64,000 nt of DNA from a virus (Duplodnaviria; Caudoviricetes): positions 1,897-65,896 of IMG/VR virus record IMGVR_UViG_2837658290_000001. The stretch is one strand, 5' to 3'. The translations under genes and the position numbers were made by a program. Below the pieces are notes generated by a model that did no database searches, was not told where the DNA came from, and saw only the letters and a list, made by a program, of their open reading frames with translations. Positions 55,144 to 64,000 of the stretch are shown here, one piece after another (position 1 is the stretch's first letter; each line of letters opens with the position of its first letter).

Positions 55144-58100
55144 TCAGGCGGCCTCTTCGGATTTCAGCCGCTCGAAATGAGCCCAGGCGCGGCGGTAGTC
55201 CTCGATCCGGTCGCACTGGGTGAAGGGGCCGACGAAGTGGCGGGTGACGGTGCGCGGGCCGCCGGGCATCGTGTCGTCGATGGCGGTGCAGGTCAGCTCG
55301 GACGGGTTTTCGGCGAGAATCTTTTCCCATGCCGCACGGCCAGGGCTCTTGCCCTTTTCATCGAGCCAGCCGACACTAGGCAAGCCCTTTGATCGCGTCC
55401 AGACGATCCGGCCGTTCTGATCGTACCAAGTAGCGGCCTCATTCTCATTCAAGATCGGAAAGTATATTCGATATATTTCAATCAATTGTTCAAGGTTGAG
55501 GCCAAAAGCCATAGAAACCAAGACATCGATTTCTACCAATGCCAGTCTACGAGAATATTCGGTACGCAACGCTACTGAACGGTTCCAAGTTGACCTATCT
55601 TTACCATACGCAAGACCCTCGAGCCGGTTATCTTCTGAGGACCAAGTAGTTGGAGCTGAGTTTGGCGCGTGCCGCTCCCAAAGGTCTGAGTAAGTGTCCG
55701 ACAAGCAAGAGAGCACGAGAGCCCTGTGACGAGCAGTCTTGTCAAGCTTTGCCCACGGGAGTCTTCTAGCATCCTTGTCGTGAAGATTGAGCTTGCCACC
55801 GGCCTTGATCAGAAAATCAAAAGGTATGGAGAATAGTAGAGCCGCTGCGTTAAGAAGATCATCTTCATTTGCGAACGCAATACTCTCCACGCTATTGACG
55901 TGCATAACGCCGGGAGGAATTATGCAAGAAACGAGACTTCTTTCGTTCGTCAAGCCAATCATAGCTCGTATGGCAAGCCTGTAAAAATCTGAGTGCCGTC
56001 TGGAATGATCCCATACACATCGCGTCATTCGACTACGATAATCGGATATCTCTATCGCGGGATGATAATTAGTACGAGGAAGATAGTCACCAGGCGCGTC
56101 AACAAGATCAATTACATTGTAGGCTTTGTTTGAATTGCAGATCGCCTTTGGCGATTTGTAGAAAGGATTGCCGACATAGAAAAGCGGCCCCTGCAAAACC
56201 ATTTCACTAGCCAACCGGAAGCCTGTTTCACGCAGGATTGTTCCATCTTTCTGGGAGGAAGTTTCATTCCAGCCTGCGGACATTTGCCACCCAGCAACGC
56301 GGCGCGCAGCCGCTCCATCGGATACGCTTTGGATTGCACTCTCTAGCTTTGTTGCCGATGCCATCCGTTTAAAAACAGTCATCGTGTCGCTGGAATAGGG
56401 TGGGATAAAGCGAGTTTGATTCACAGGAACCCCGTCCAGCTCTGCCAGCTCATGAATAACCGACAGATTGACCTTATCCATGTGGACAATGCGCTTGCGG
56501 TGGCCGGTCACATTCCATGAGCCATCAGCGAGCTTGCTTCCGGGGATCTCCCCTACACCGTCATGCAGATAGGAGTCTTCAATTTGAGACGGCAAAAACG
56601 CACCTGAAAACAAGTCGAAGCTCGGTTCACTATCTACGCCGCGGTATATATTGACTGAGAATCGAATTTTGTTGTTCACCTCAGAAAAGTTTTTACTCTT
56701 AATTTCATTTCTTATTTCAAAGTACTTTGCAATTCGACGGTACCAACTGATGCGAAAGCCGGCAGAGTTTGGGTCAGTTAAATGGCCATCTTGATGAATT
56801 ATGGCGGCATATCCCATTTTAGCTGTTAAACGTAGTGAAAGATCTACAAAACAACGATAGAGGTTGTTTGAACCTCCTCCTGCGAAAGGGTTCATCACCT
56901 CAGACGAGGTTACCTCCATCGCCCCCCGGGTCGACACGAAATCCTGAAGGAAGGCCTCCACCGCCGGAACCAGGCGCCCCTCGCGCCGCACGGACGGCGC
57001 CTTCGGTAGCGCCTCGGGCAAGACCTTCTTCGCGTCCGACGCCGACAGTCCCGCATGAAGTGGGTCGATATCCGCCAGCACCAGTCCCTCGTTCCAAGAC
57101 GGCTTGGCCCAGGGCGGGTTCCCGACGATCACGTCGAACCCGCCGCGCGCCTTCATGATGTCGGCGAAGATCAGGTCGAAATGCACGAAGCGCTCGCGCT
57201 CGGCGACTTCGACCGCGACACCGAGCCAGTCGAAGGTCTCGATCAACGCCTCGACATTCGTTTCGCGGAACAACCCATCCTGCCGCTTGGCGGCGGCCTT
57301 GAACAGGTCACGCGCGGGCGCGTCCGGCTCCATCAGATCAAGGAAGTCCGGGGCCGGATCGGCGAACTCGTCCATGCTGGGGGCGGCCAGTGATCCGTCC
57401 GGGGTAAAGCCCCCCTCCAGGATCATCGCCATGCCCTGCAGGAACTCGGCTCGGCTGGGCAGCAGGTCCGCCTTGTCCAGTGGCCAGAGCCAGAGGGCAC
57501 ACCACGCGTCCATCGCGGTCTTCAACCGCTTATAGGGAAGCGTGTTCGTGGCATGATCGGCCCCGATCAGGTGGGCGTTCAGCTTCTCCTTGGCGTGGAA
57601 GTCGAGGCCCTTGTTCCCAGCGATGACCTTGTCCGGCCAGAGCGTGATCGCGTCATTCGCCGCGGTCCGGGTCTTGGCGAGATCCTCCGCCACCTGATCG
57701 AACAGCGCCTCGGCGACCCGGCTGAGTTTCTGGACCAGCTTGACCTCGTGGGGTTCGAGCTTCTTGAAGAAGCCATCCTTGCGCCAGGCCTTGATCCGGT
57801 CCTGCGCATCTCCCGCGAAGGGGGCGATCGACTTGTCTTTGTCGAAGTTCGCCATGTCCTTGGCGGGGAGCAACCACTGCCACACATGGTTTTCCGGCAG
57901 GCGCTTGCGCCAGCCGATCTCGTCGGGTTTCGCGGTGAGCCAGAGGTCCTTCTGGGACCTTGCGTTGAGAAGCGCGGGGGCATAGGCGGCCCGGCGGGCG
58001 CCGATCAGGGAGTTCCCGGCGTGGAGCTGGTCCCCGAACCACGGGGAAAAGTCGCTCGCGTGCAGACTGTTCAGCCAGAGCGAGATCGCCCCGAGTTCCA

Positions 58101-60045
58101 CGGCGATGGGGTTGAGGTCGACCCCGAAACAGTTCCGGTCCGCAATATAGGCCCGCACCCGCTGTTTCTCGAGGACGATCCGGTCCTGCGGGATCGTCTG
58201 GCCGGTCTCCTTCTGTTTCCGCTCGAGGTAGAGGTCGGCGAGCTGGTTCGTGGTTTCCACCAGAAAAGCCGCCGAGCCCATGGCGGGCTCGAGGATCTTG
58301 AGGTCCAGAAGTTCGTCGGCGGTCAGGTCCCGGCACCGCTCCATGAGCGCATGCTTCACGAGCAGCCGGGCGAGCGGTTCCGGTGTGTAATAGGAGGCGG
58401 ATTTCTCCCGGTCCCGGCCCGCGAGGCGGTAGATGAAGGTGCCTTTCGGATAGACCAGCGCCTCTGAGCCGTTGAACACGATCTCCTCCGGGGCGAATTC
58501 GCCGATCCGGTTGCGCGGCACGAACCAACTTGGGGCCAGAGGATCAACCTTGTCGCGGCGGAAGGTGTCGTCCGGCTCCGTGTCGTCGTCCCCGAACAGA
58601 TCTTCTTCGACGTCGTCATCCGCATCCGGGGTGTCCGCATCGTCCCCGTCCTCGACCGCGTCATTCGACCGGCCTTTGCGGGGCTTCAGCTCAATGAGGT
58701 CTGTCTTTGCGACGACCCCCGTGAAAGAAATAAGCGTTTCATAAACCGCGCCGAGCTGACCGATCCCGAGCTTCGCATAAGAGATCCGGCCCGTGCTCTT
58801 GCCGGTGGACCGGAGCGAGAGGAGCCGGATTACCTTCTGGATCGCCTCGTTGCGCAGCATCAGTCCGTTCAGAAGGGGCGTACTCGCCGGGTCGAGAAGG
58901 GATACCTTCACCGACGGCAGGCGCAGCCCGCTGCCCTTTTCCTCGTCGGCGAGATCAAGCCCGGTGTAGAGAAGCGTCAGCGTCCGCTGGAGGCTTTCCC
59001 AGAGGAAAGTTCCCTCCCGGTCTGCCGTGGTGCGCAGGGGCACCGACTCCAGATCGCGCAGCGTTTCCAGGGAATAACCTGTCGCATAGATCGGGTTCTT
59101 CAGGTCCAGCAGATTCAGCCGTGGGTTCGCCTCAGCGTAGAACAGGAACAGCATCCGGTACATGTAGCGCAGGCATTCGCGGGACAGCTCCGGCCCGTCG
59201 ATCCAGACTCCCTTGTGTGTCCCACCGGTGACGTCGAGAACCTCTTGACCCAGAAGCTCAATAGCGTCCCGGACGGTCCGCTTCAGCGAGGTGGTGACGG
59301 CATTGGCGTTCCGCTGCGCCTCTTCTTCGAGCCGATCCGAGATCGGCGCACCCTGGTCCGGCACTCGGGCCTCCCGCGAGATCAGGCAGGCCATCACGGT
59401 CAGCGTGTCCCGGTCCGAGCGGGCGAAAATTTCCTGAAGATCGAACCGGAGGACAGACCGGGCCGGCCATTTCCTCTTGTCGATCAGCACGATCTGCGAA
59501 AGGCCGAGGACAAGAACATGGCGCGGTCCGTCGGCAAGTTCGAACACCCCTTCTGCCAAAATGGACTCGATCGTCCGGTCCAAAAGCGCCGCTTCGCCGG
59601 CATCGGCGAGAAACTGATCCGGCACAAAACACGCGCCGAGCGGATCCGCCGCCTCGTCCTCGGCGTCCGGAAGGGGCGACTCGATGATCCAGAGCGCATC
59701 CCGACCGGCTGCGTCCGCCACCCGGGAGATCAGTGGAATAACCGGTGCGCCTTCCATCGCGGTGAACGCGGCATCGCGTTTCCAGGCATACCCGAGTGCG
59801 CCCAACAGGGCGTGGTGCATCTCCCGGGTCAGTTCGGTCCTGCGTTCCAGGTCCGAACTGTTCCGGATCTGTCGAAGGCCTTCGATGCTCGAGGTGGCAA
59901 CCCGGGACAACCGCTCAATCGGATGAGCAGACTTCTCAAGGCCCGCCCACCGCGCCGTGATATCAGAAAGCTCTTCCTTCAGAACATCTGAAAGCGTCCC
60001 GGACGGGAAGAACTCGGCTTCGTTTTCAATACCGATCAGATCCAT
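55144..60045 (-). CDS. Large gamma-class N6-adenine DNA methyltransferase (Eco57I/PglX/DrmMI-like)
   Basis: SYYTP, LEPAMGSAAF (motif I), GVD.NP.AVEL, FDVIVGNPPW (motif IV); start MDLIGI at 60045, 4 bp after the SNF2 stop. Confidence 0.92.
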   Translation of the reverse strand: MDLIGIENEAEFFPSGTLSDVLKEELSDITARWAGLEKSAHPIERLSRVATSSIEGLRQIRNSSDLERRTELTREMHHALLGALGYAWKRDAAFTAMEGAPVIPLISRVADAAGRDALWIIESPLPDAEDEAADPLGACFVPDQFLADAGEAALLDRTIESILAEGVFELADGPRHVLVLGLSQIVLIDKRKWPARSVLRFDLQEIFARSDRDTLTVMACLISREARVPDQGAPISDRLEEEAQRNANAVTTSLKRTVRDAIELLGQEVLDVTGGTHKGVWIDGPELSRECLRYMYRMLFLFYAEANPRLNLLDLKNPIYATGYSLETLRDLESVPLRTTADREGTFLWESLQRTLTLLYTGLDLADEEKGSGLRLPSVKVSLLDPASTPLLNGLMLRNEAIQKVIRLLSLRSTGKSTGRISYAKLGIGQLGAVYETLISFTGVVAKTDLIELKPRKGRSNDAVEDGDDADTPDADDDVEEDLFGDDDTEPDDTFRRDKVDPLAPSWFVPRNRIGEFAPEEIVFNGSEALVYPKGTFIYRLAGRDREKSASYYTPEPLARLLVKHALMERCRDLTADELLDLKILEPAMGSAAFLVETTNQLADLYLERKQKETGQTIPQDRIVLEKQRVRAYIADRNCFGVDLNPIAVELGAISLWLNSLHASDFSPWFGDQLHAGNSLIGARRAAYAPALLNARSQKDLWLTAKPDEIGWRKRLPENHVWQWLLPAKDMANFDKDKSIAPFAGDAQDRIKAWRKDGFFKKLEPHEVKLVQKLSRVAEALFDQVAEDLAKTRTAANDAITLWPDKVIAGNKGLDFHAKEKLNAHLIGADHATNTLPYKRLKTAMDAWCALWLWPLDKADLLPSRAEFLQGMAMILEGGFTPDGSLAAPSMDEFADPAPDFLDLMEPDAPARDLFKAAAKRQDGLFRETNVEALIETFDWLGVAVEVAERERFVHFDLIFADIMKARGGFDVIVGNPPWAKPSWNEGLVLADIDPLHAGLSASDAKKVLPEALPKAPSVRREGRLVPAVEAFLQDFVSTRGAMEVTSSEVMNPFAGGGSNNLYRCFVDLSLRLTAKMGYAAIIHQDGHLTDPNSAGFRISWYRRIAKYFEIRNEIKSKNFSEVNNKIRFSVNIYRGVDSEPSFDLFSGAFLPSQIEDSYLHDGVGEIPGSKLADGSWNVTGHRKRIVHMDKVNLSVIHELAELDGVPVNQTRFIPPYSSDTMTVFKRMASATKLESAIQSVSDGAAARRVAGWQMSAGWNETSSQKDGTILRETGFRLASEMVLQGPLFYVGNPFYKSPKAICNSNKAYNVIDLVDAPGDYLPRTNYHPAIEISDYRSRMTRCVWDHSRRHSDFYRLAIRAMIGLTNERSLVSCIIPPGVMHVNSVESIAFANEDDLLNAAALLFSIPFDFLIKAGGKLNLHDKDARRLPWAKLDKTARHRALVLSCLSDTYSDLWERHAPNSAPTTWSSEDNRLEGLAYGKDRSTWNRSVALRTEYSRRLALVEIDVLVSMAFGLNLEQLIEIYRIYFPILNENEAATWYDQNGRIVWTRSKGLPSVGWLDEKGKSPGRAAWEKILAENPSELTCTAIDDTMPGGPRTVTRHFVGPFTQCDRIEDYRRAWAHFERLKSEEAA

Positions 60046-60049
60046 CCGC

Positions 60050-63001
60050 TCACCCCACAAATACCGCTTTGACATCGACATAAGGGTTGGGGTCATCCAC
60101 CATCAGGCGGGTCCGCTCAAACCACTCTGTCCAGTCCTTGAACAGGTCCTCGATCTTCTTCTCTTTCGCGCGCCGGATCGTCAGCCGCCTCTTTTCAAGT
60201 GCGCTGAGGCCTTCGGTGGACTCCGCGGCCTCACCGAGATCGAGCGTCAGCTGGGCCTGAAAACGGCGCTCCAGCTCCCCGAGCCGGGTCAGGACAGCGT
60301 CAAGGTCCTGCTGGATCAGGGCTGCGCGTTCTCTCCCGAGCCCGCGCAGATGGGTCTGGAACCGGTCTACAGCGGTTTCGATCGCAGCCTGCGCAGGGCC
60401 CAGATCCTCCACCGGACGACCAGGAGTATCCTGTGCGAGACGGACCCGGGCGATGAAGTCCGGCACCTCTTCGATACGAATATCCCCGTCCGCCCTCTGG
60501 ATCACGACAGCCCACCGGTCGACAACCGGGGCACCGTTCGCGTTCGGGATCGCACCATGCATCACGACCGCGACCTCTCCCTTGGAGAGAGCACTCAGGG
60601 GCGCGACCGGAGCGGAATGCTCTGGGAAAAAGGTGCTGGCCCGGTCCGCGAACCATTCGAGGATCGGGTGACCATCCCAGAGGTACTGCACGGTCGGCCA
60701 GGACCGTTCCTGCATCTTCGCATGATCGATCGCCCGGTTGATCACCTGCGCCTGATCGGTCAACTCGACCCGGTCCCCGGCGCCGACCGCCTCTTCGGGC
60801 ATGAAACGCCCATCGACCGCGCCCTCACTCGCATAGCCGAAACCATCCCGGGCCCGCATGTCATCCGGGATCGCGATCCGGATCGTCCGATCCCCCAGGG
60901 AGATGTCAGGCGCAGACGGGAAGGCCCGCTCTTCGGCGCGAGACAACCGGCCGATCATCGCGGCCGCATAGCTGAAGGTATCCGGGAAAAGGCGCGGCGG
61001 CGCGCCCTCGGTGGCGGTGTCTCCATCCGCCTTTGTCTCGGCCGGGGCCGCGTAGTCCCCAAAGAGGGCCGCGAACTCGTCATCGAGAGACATCTGTGTC
61101 TTCGCCTCGTCCGCGCGGGCGTTCATCTGGGCGTCGAACGCATCTGCGCCGATCCCGGCTGAGACCGCTTCCGCGACGACAGCCTCTTCCTCGTCAGCGT
61201 CGCCTTTCCCGAGGAAAACGGCCGGGTCTCCGACCCCGGACTGCGCCGCTTCATCTTTTTCGACCAGCTTTTCCAGGACCCACATCTGCCGCACCTTAGG
61301 ATGTGTGCTCTCGCCCACAAAATAGGTGATCAGCGGCGGGCGATCCTGACCATATCGATCGATCCGGCCGTTACGCTGCTGGAACCGCAGGAGCGACCAG
61401 GGCAGGTCGAAATGGATGAGGCGATGGCACTGGAAGTGCAGGTTAAGCCCCTCGGAGGCCATGTCAGAGGCGATCAGGATCCGGATCGGGGACTTTTCCT
61501 GCCCGAAGGCGTCGATCACTTCCTGGGTCCGGACATCCGCTTCGACGCTACCCCCATCCACACGCGCCACCTGACCCTCAGACAGGTCCAGATCCGCCTG
61601 AAGGCGCTCTGCGAGCCAGGACACGGTGGCGATGCGTTCTGAAAAGATGACGATCCTGTCCCGCGGCGCCTTTCCGGTCCAACGCAGGTCCCGCAGCATT
61701 TTGAGAAGGTCCTGATACTTCCGGAAGGCCCCCGTATCGATCGCCGCCACCTGATCTGAGAGATCGCGGAGCCGATCCCGGTCCTCTTCCGTGCCACGGG
61801 CGGTTCCGTTCTCGATTCCGCGGATGCGCCTCTCTAGAGTCTCGAGGCAGGCAGCCGGGCTCGAGAAGATCGCTTTCGCCAGCGTGGTTCGGAACAGATC
61901 GATGGCGCGACCCCGGGTCGATTGTTCATCGAGATCCAGATGCAGCTCTGCGATCGACTGATAGGCGATTTCCTCTTCGGGGCTAAGCGGGAAGTTTCTG
62001 CGGACCAGTTGCCGCTTCGGGACCTGCTGCCCGATATCGGCGGCGACATTTTTGTCAGACCGGAACCGTCTGATAACCAGATCTTCGATATCCGATCGGT
62101 GCAACCGGGTTGGGTCCGGAACGCGCGTCGGATCCAGCATCTCGATCAGGCTCGCGAAACTCTCCTGCGACCCGTCGTGCGGGGTCGCGGTCAACAGGAG
62201 GAGCGAGTCGGTCCGCCGGGACAGAAGCTGCGCCAGCTCGGCCCGCTGAGAGTTCGACCCCGCTGCGGCTTTCCGGGCTGCAGCGTTATGCGCTTCGTCG
62301 ATGATGATCAGGTCCCAGTACGAATGCTTGATCGCATCCCGGATCTGGGCGTCCCGTTTCAGCGTGTCGATCGACACGATGGACCGGTCGAACTGATCGA
62401 ACACATTATAATGGGCGGGGATCCGGTTCCGCATGCGCCGGATCGCAGCGCTGTCCAGGCGCGACAGTGGGATCGAGAACCGGGTCCAGAACTCCTTCTG
62501 GAACTGGGTGAGCATCGCCCGTGTCGTGACAACGAGAATCCGATCCGCCCGGCCCCGAAGCGCCAGCTCCGACGTGATCAGGCCCGCTTCGAGGGTTTTC
62601 CCGAGGCCGACGTCATCCGCGATCAGCAGCCGAACCCGGTCCTGCGCGAGAGTCCGCTCCACCGGCAGGTGTTGAAACGGCAGGTCGTCGATCGCGGCCC
62701 GGCCGAGGGTCAGCGGCGTCCGCGTGGTGGTCGGGGTGTTCCGGAACGCGGCCTCGAGATGCAGTTTCGTGTCGATGAGACCGGAGGAGACATCCGGGAC
62801 CAGCCGTACCGCCGCTGGGTCGAGGACCCGCGCGCCGTTTTCCAGATCCCAGACGAACCGGGCCTCCTTGTCGCGTACGAGACCGCTGAGGCCCCGGCAG
62901 TGGATTTCGCGAAACCCACGTTTGAGGGTGGAAGTTCCCAAGACCTTCCAGACGGCTGAACGCAGACTGACGACGGAACCGGGGTACGGTACAGGATTCA
63001 T
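60050..63001 (-). CDS. SNF2-family helicase (DrmD/BrxHII-like)
   Basis: LIADDVGLGKT, DEAH, LTATPHDG, SEGLNL and QRNGRIDRYGQ motifs. Confidence 0.93.
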   Translation of the reverse strand: MNPVPYPGSVVSLRSAVWKVLGTSTLKRGFREIHCRGLSGLVRDKEARFVWDLENGARVLDPAAVRLVPDVSSGLIDTKLHLEAAFRNTPTTTRTPLTLGRAAIDDLPFQHLPVERTLAQDRVRLLIADDVGLGKTLEAGLITSELALRGRADRILVVTTRAMLTQFQKEFWTRFSIPLSRLDSAAIRRMRNRIPAHYNVFDQFDRSIVSIDTLKRDAQIRDAIKHSYWDLIIIDEAHNAAARKAAAGSNSQRAELAQLLSRRTDSLLLLTATPHDGSQESFASLIEMLDPTRVPDPTRLHRSDIEDLVIRRFRSDKNVAADIGQQVPKRQLVRRNFPLSPEEEIAYQSIAELHLDLDEQSTRGRAIDLFRTTLAKAIFSSPAACLETLERRIRGIENGTARGTEEDRDRLRDLSDQVAAIDTGAFRKYQDLLKMLRDLRWTGKAPRDRIVIFSERIATVSWLAERLQADLDLSEGQVARVDGGSVEADVRTQEVIDAFGQEKSPIRILIASDMASEGLNLHFQCHRLIHFDLPWSLLRFQQRNGRIDRYGQDRPPLITYFVGESTHPKVRQMWVLEKLVEKDEAAQSGVGDPAVFLGKGDADEEEAVVAEAVSAGIGADAFDAQMNARADEAKTQMSLDDEFAALFGDYAAPAETKADGDTATEGAPPRLFPDTFSYAAAMIGRLSRAEERAFPSAPDISLGDRTIRIAIPDDMRARDGFGYASEGAVDGRFMPEEAVGAGDRVELTDQAQVINRAIDHAKMQERSWPTVQYLWDGHPILEWFADRASTFFPEHSAPVAPLSALSKGEVAVVMHGAIPNANGAPVVDRWAVVIQRADGDIRIEEVPDFIARVRLAQDTPGRPVEDLGPAQAAIETAVDRFQTHLRGLGRERAALIQQDLDAVLTRLGELERRFQAQLTLDLGEAAESTEGLSALEKRRLTIRRAKEKKIEDLFKDWTEWFERTRLMVDDPNPYVDVKAVFVG

Positions 63002-63858
63002 GCAGTATTTCCCCCAACTTCGTCCGGATTCAAGAGCACAATCTGTTGATCTTGCGGCTTTCTCGCTGTGGGATCGGTATCGAGCCCGAGGCGCCGTAAA
63101 GCATAATAAAGCAACGCTCGGCGCACCTTTATCTTCGCGCTGCCGCCACGCATCCCGTAGTCGAGTGCAATCACCTTTGCCTGCGTTTCCGAAAGCTCGG
63201 GGTGGGGGCCAACTTCGAGAGTGATTTCAGAATGCCAGTCACGGTCATCAGCGGCAGATACTTCGCTTTCGCGCGCCCCACGGATCTCGAGGATTCGTGA
63301 GAGCAGGAAGTCTTTGAAGTTTTCGTCACTCAGGCAAAAAGCGCGTGTATGCCAGCGGAACCCGTCGAACGCGATGGCATGGGGTGCAATCCAACGCCAG
63401 CGCGGTTCTGGGCTCGACAGGGACTGGTACTTTACCTCGATCTCCTCAGAATGCCGAATGGCACCAACGACAGAGCGGAGCGTTACCGGGTTCACGCCGC
63501 GAACGGGCGTCGGAGCTGAGGCAAAGGACGGCAAATTGGCGATCCAGGAATCTTCGCGGTCGAGGATGCCGTCAGCCACGGAGCGCAGTTGGGCGAGGTA
63601 TCGGCTTGCGTCTGGTTCAAGAAAGTGGGGCTTGAACCCAGGGCCGGGGACATAGGTTCGGGCGCTTTTGTCGTAGAGCATGTTCTCCGGAGCGATGCCG
63701 ATATAGCGGTTCAGGTCGGCGGACGCTTGGTTCACCGACAGACCGAACTGCTCCATCAGGTCGCTTCGGTTCACATATCCCTCCCAAAATAACCGGAACT
63801 CGATAAAGTCGAGACGCTGCACGACCCCCCAACGAAGCTCCGGCTTGTTGCTATCCAC
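62998..63858 (-). CDS. WYL-domain transcriptional regulator (CapW/BrxR-like)
   Basis: GGGAG RBS before GTG at 63858; RL.FIEFRL.WEG..NRSDL...FG.S..QAS.D wHTH; Y.S.S....R.I.PH....G.RWH.RA.C....F.DF.LSR WYL. Confidence 0.92.
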   Translation of the reverse strand: MDSNKPELRWGVVQRLDFIEFRLFWEGYVNRSDLMEQFGLSVNQASADLNRYIGIAPENMLYDKSARTYVPGPGFKPHFLEPDASRYLAQLRSVADGILDREDSWIANLPSFASAPTPVRGVNPVTLRSVVGAIRHSEEIEVKYQSLSSPEPRWRWIAPHAIAFDGFRWHTRAFCLSDENFKDFLLSRILEIRGARESEVSAADDRDWHSEITLEVGPHPELSETQAKVIALDYGMRGGSAKIKVRRALLYYALRRLGLDTDPTARKPQDQQIVLLNPDEVGGNTA

Positions 63859-63875
63859 TTTGCACTCCCAATTTT

Positions 63876-63898
63876 GCGTGTAGGAAAAATGTACACGC
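63876..63898. promoter_or_regulatory. Putative WYL-repressor operator
   Basis: GCGTGTA-N9-TACACGC inverted repeat 17 bp upstream of the start codon; extra TACACGC half-site at 63956-63962. Confidence 0.65.
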
Positions 63899-64000
63899 CC
63901 ATTTTCTGTGCTGTTGGAGATGTTAGAGGAGTGCTTCTGCGCAGGCAATCGAAAATACACGCAAAGCGGGAAAAGTTCGCGCTTCTATGGGTTTGAATAA

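Noticed and set aside
51483-55223. Long opposite-strand ORFs (1246 aa here; also 36352-39621, 32557-34884, 5989-8121)
   Set aside because: Antisense shadows of high-GC genes that carry clear motifs on the other strand; no RBS or recognisable domains of their own.
60046-60096. Extended N-terminus of the MTase (and of WYL, 63859-63960) from the ORF track
   Set aside because: The extensions overlap the upstream gene or operator; the downstream starts fit the operon spacing (MTase) or have a clear RBS (WYL).
46570-63001. Canonical BREX, class 1 DISARM or type I/III R-M call
   Set aside because: No pglZ/brxC, no separate drmB or PLD drmC, and no hsdS/hsdR or mod/res organisation.

Overview
High-GC (roughly 65%), alphaproteobacterial-looking DNA (Rhodobacteraceae-like by gene content; inference). 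About 1-46.3 kb is a lambdoid siphovirus prophage, entered just after its integrase/repressor end, which lies outside the window. It runs through early recombination/replication genes, an iteron origin, a lambda-like cos site, GpA terminase, portal, a protease-capsid fusion, tail genes with a -1 frameshift chaperone, a 2246-aa tail tip/fibre and a lysis cassette. Accessory cargo sits at several fixed junctions: a low-GC P-loop ATPase, an M48 lipoprotein protease, three toxin-antitoxin pairs, a bactofilin, a GNAT, LysE and a peptidoglycan-binding protein. There is also an antisense RNA block of tRNA-Ile2(CAT), tRNA-Leu(TAA) and an anti-Shine-Dalgarno (CCUCCUCCC, cuckoo/CcsR-like) sRNA. From 46.6 to 63.9 kb, convergent with the phage, is a tightly coupled five-gene defence operon: WYL (CapW/BrxR-like) regulator, SNF2 helicase, large N6-adenine methyltransferase with a low-GC swapped specificity region, YprA-like DEAD helicase-DUF1998-nuclease, and RelE-UvrD fusion. 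This is a DISARM-related (ARMADA-like) architecture. All family assignments come from motifs read by eye; no database searches were run.
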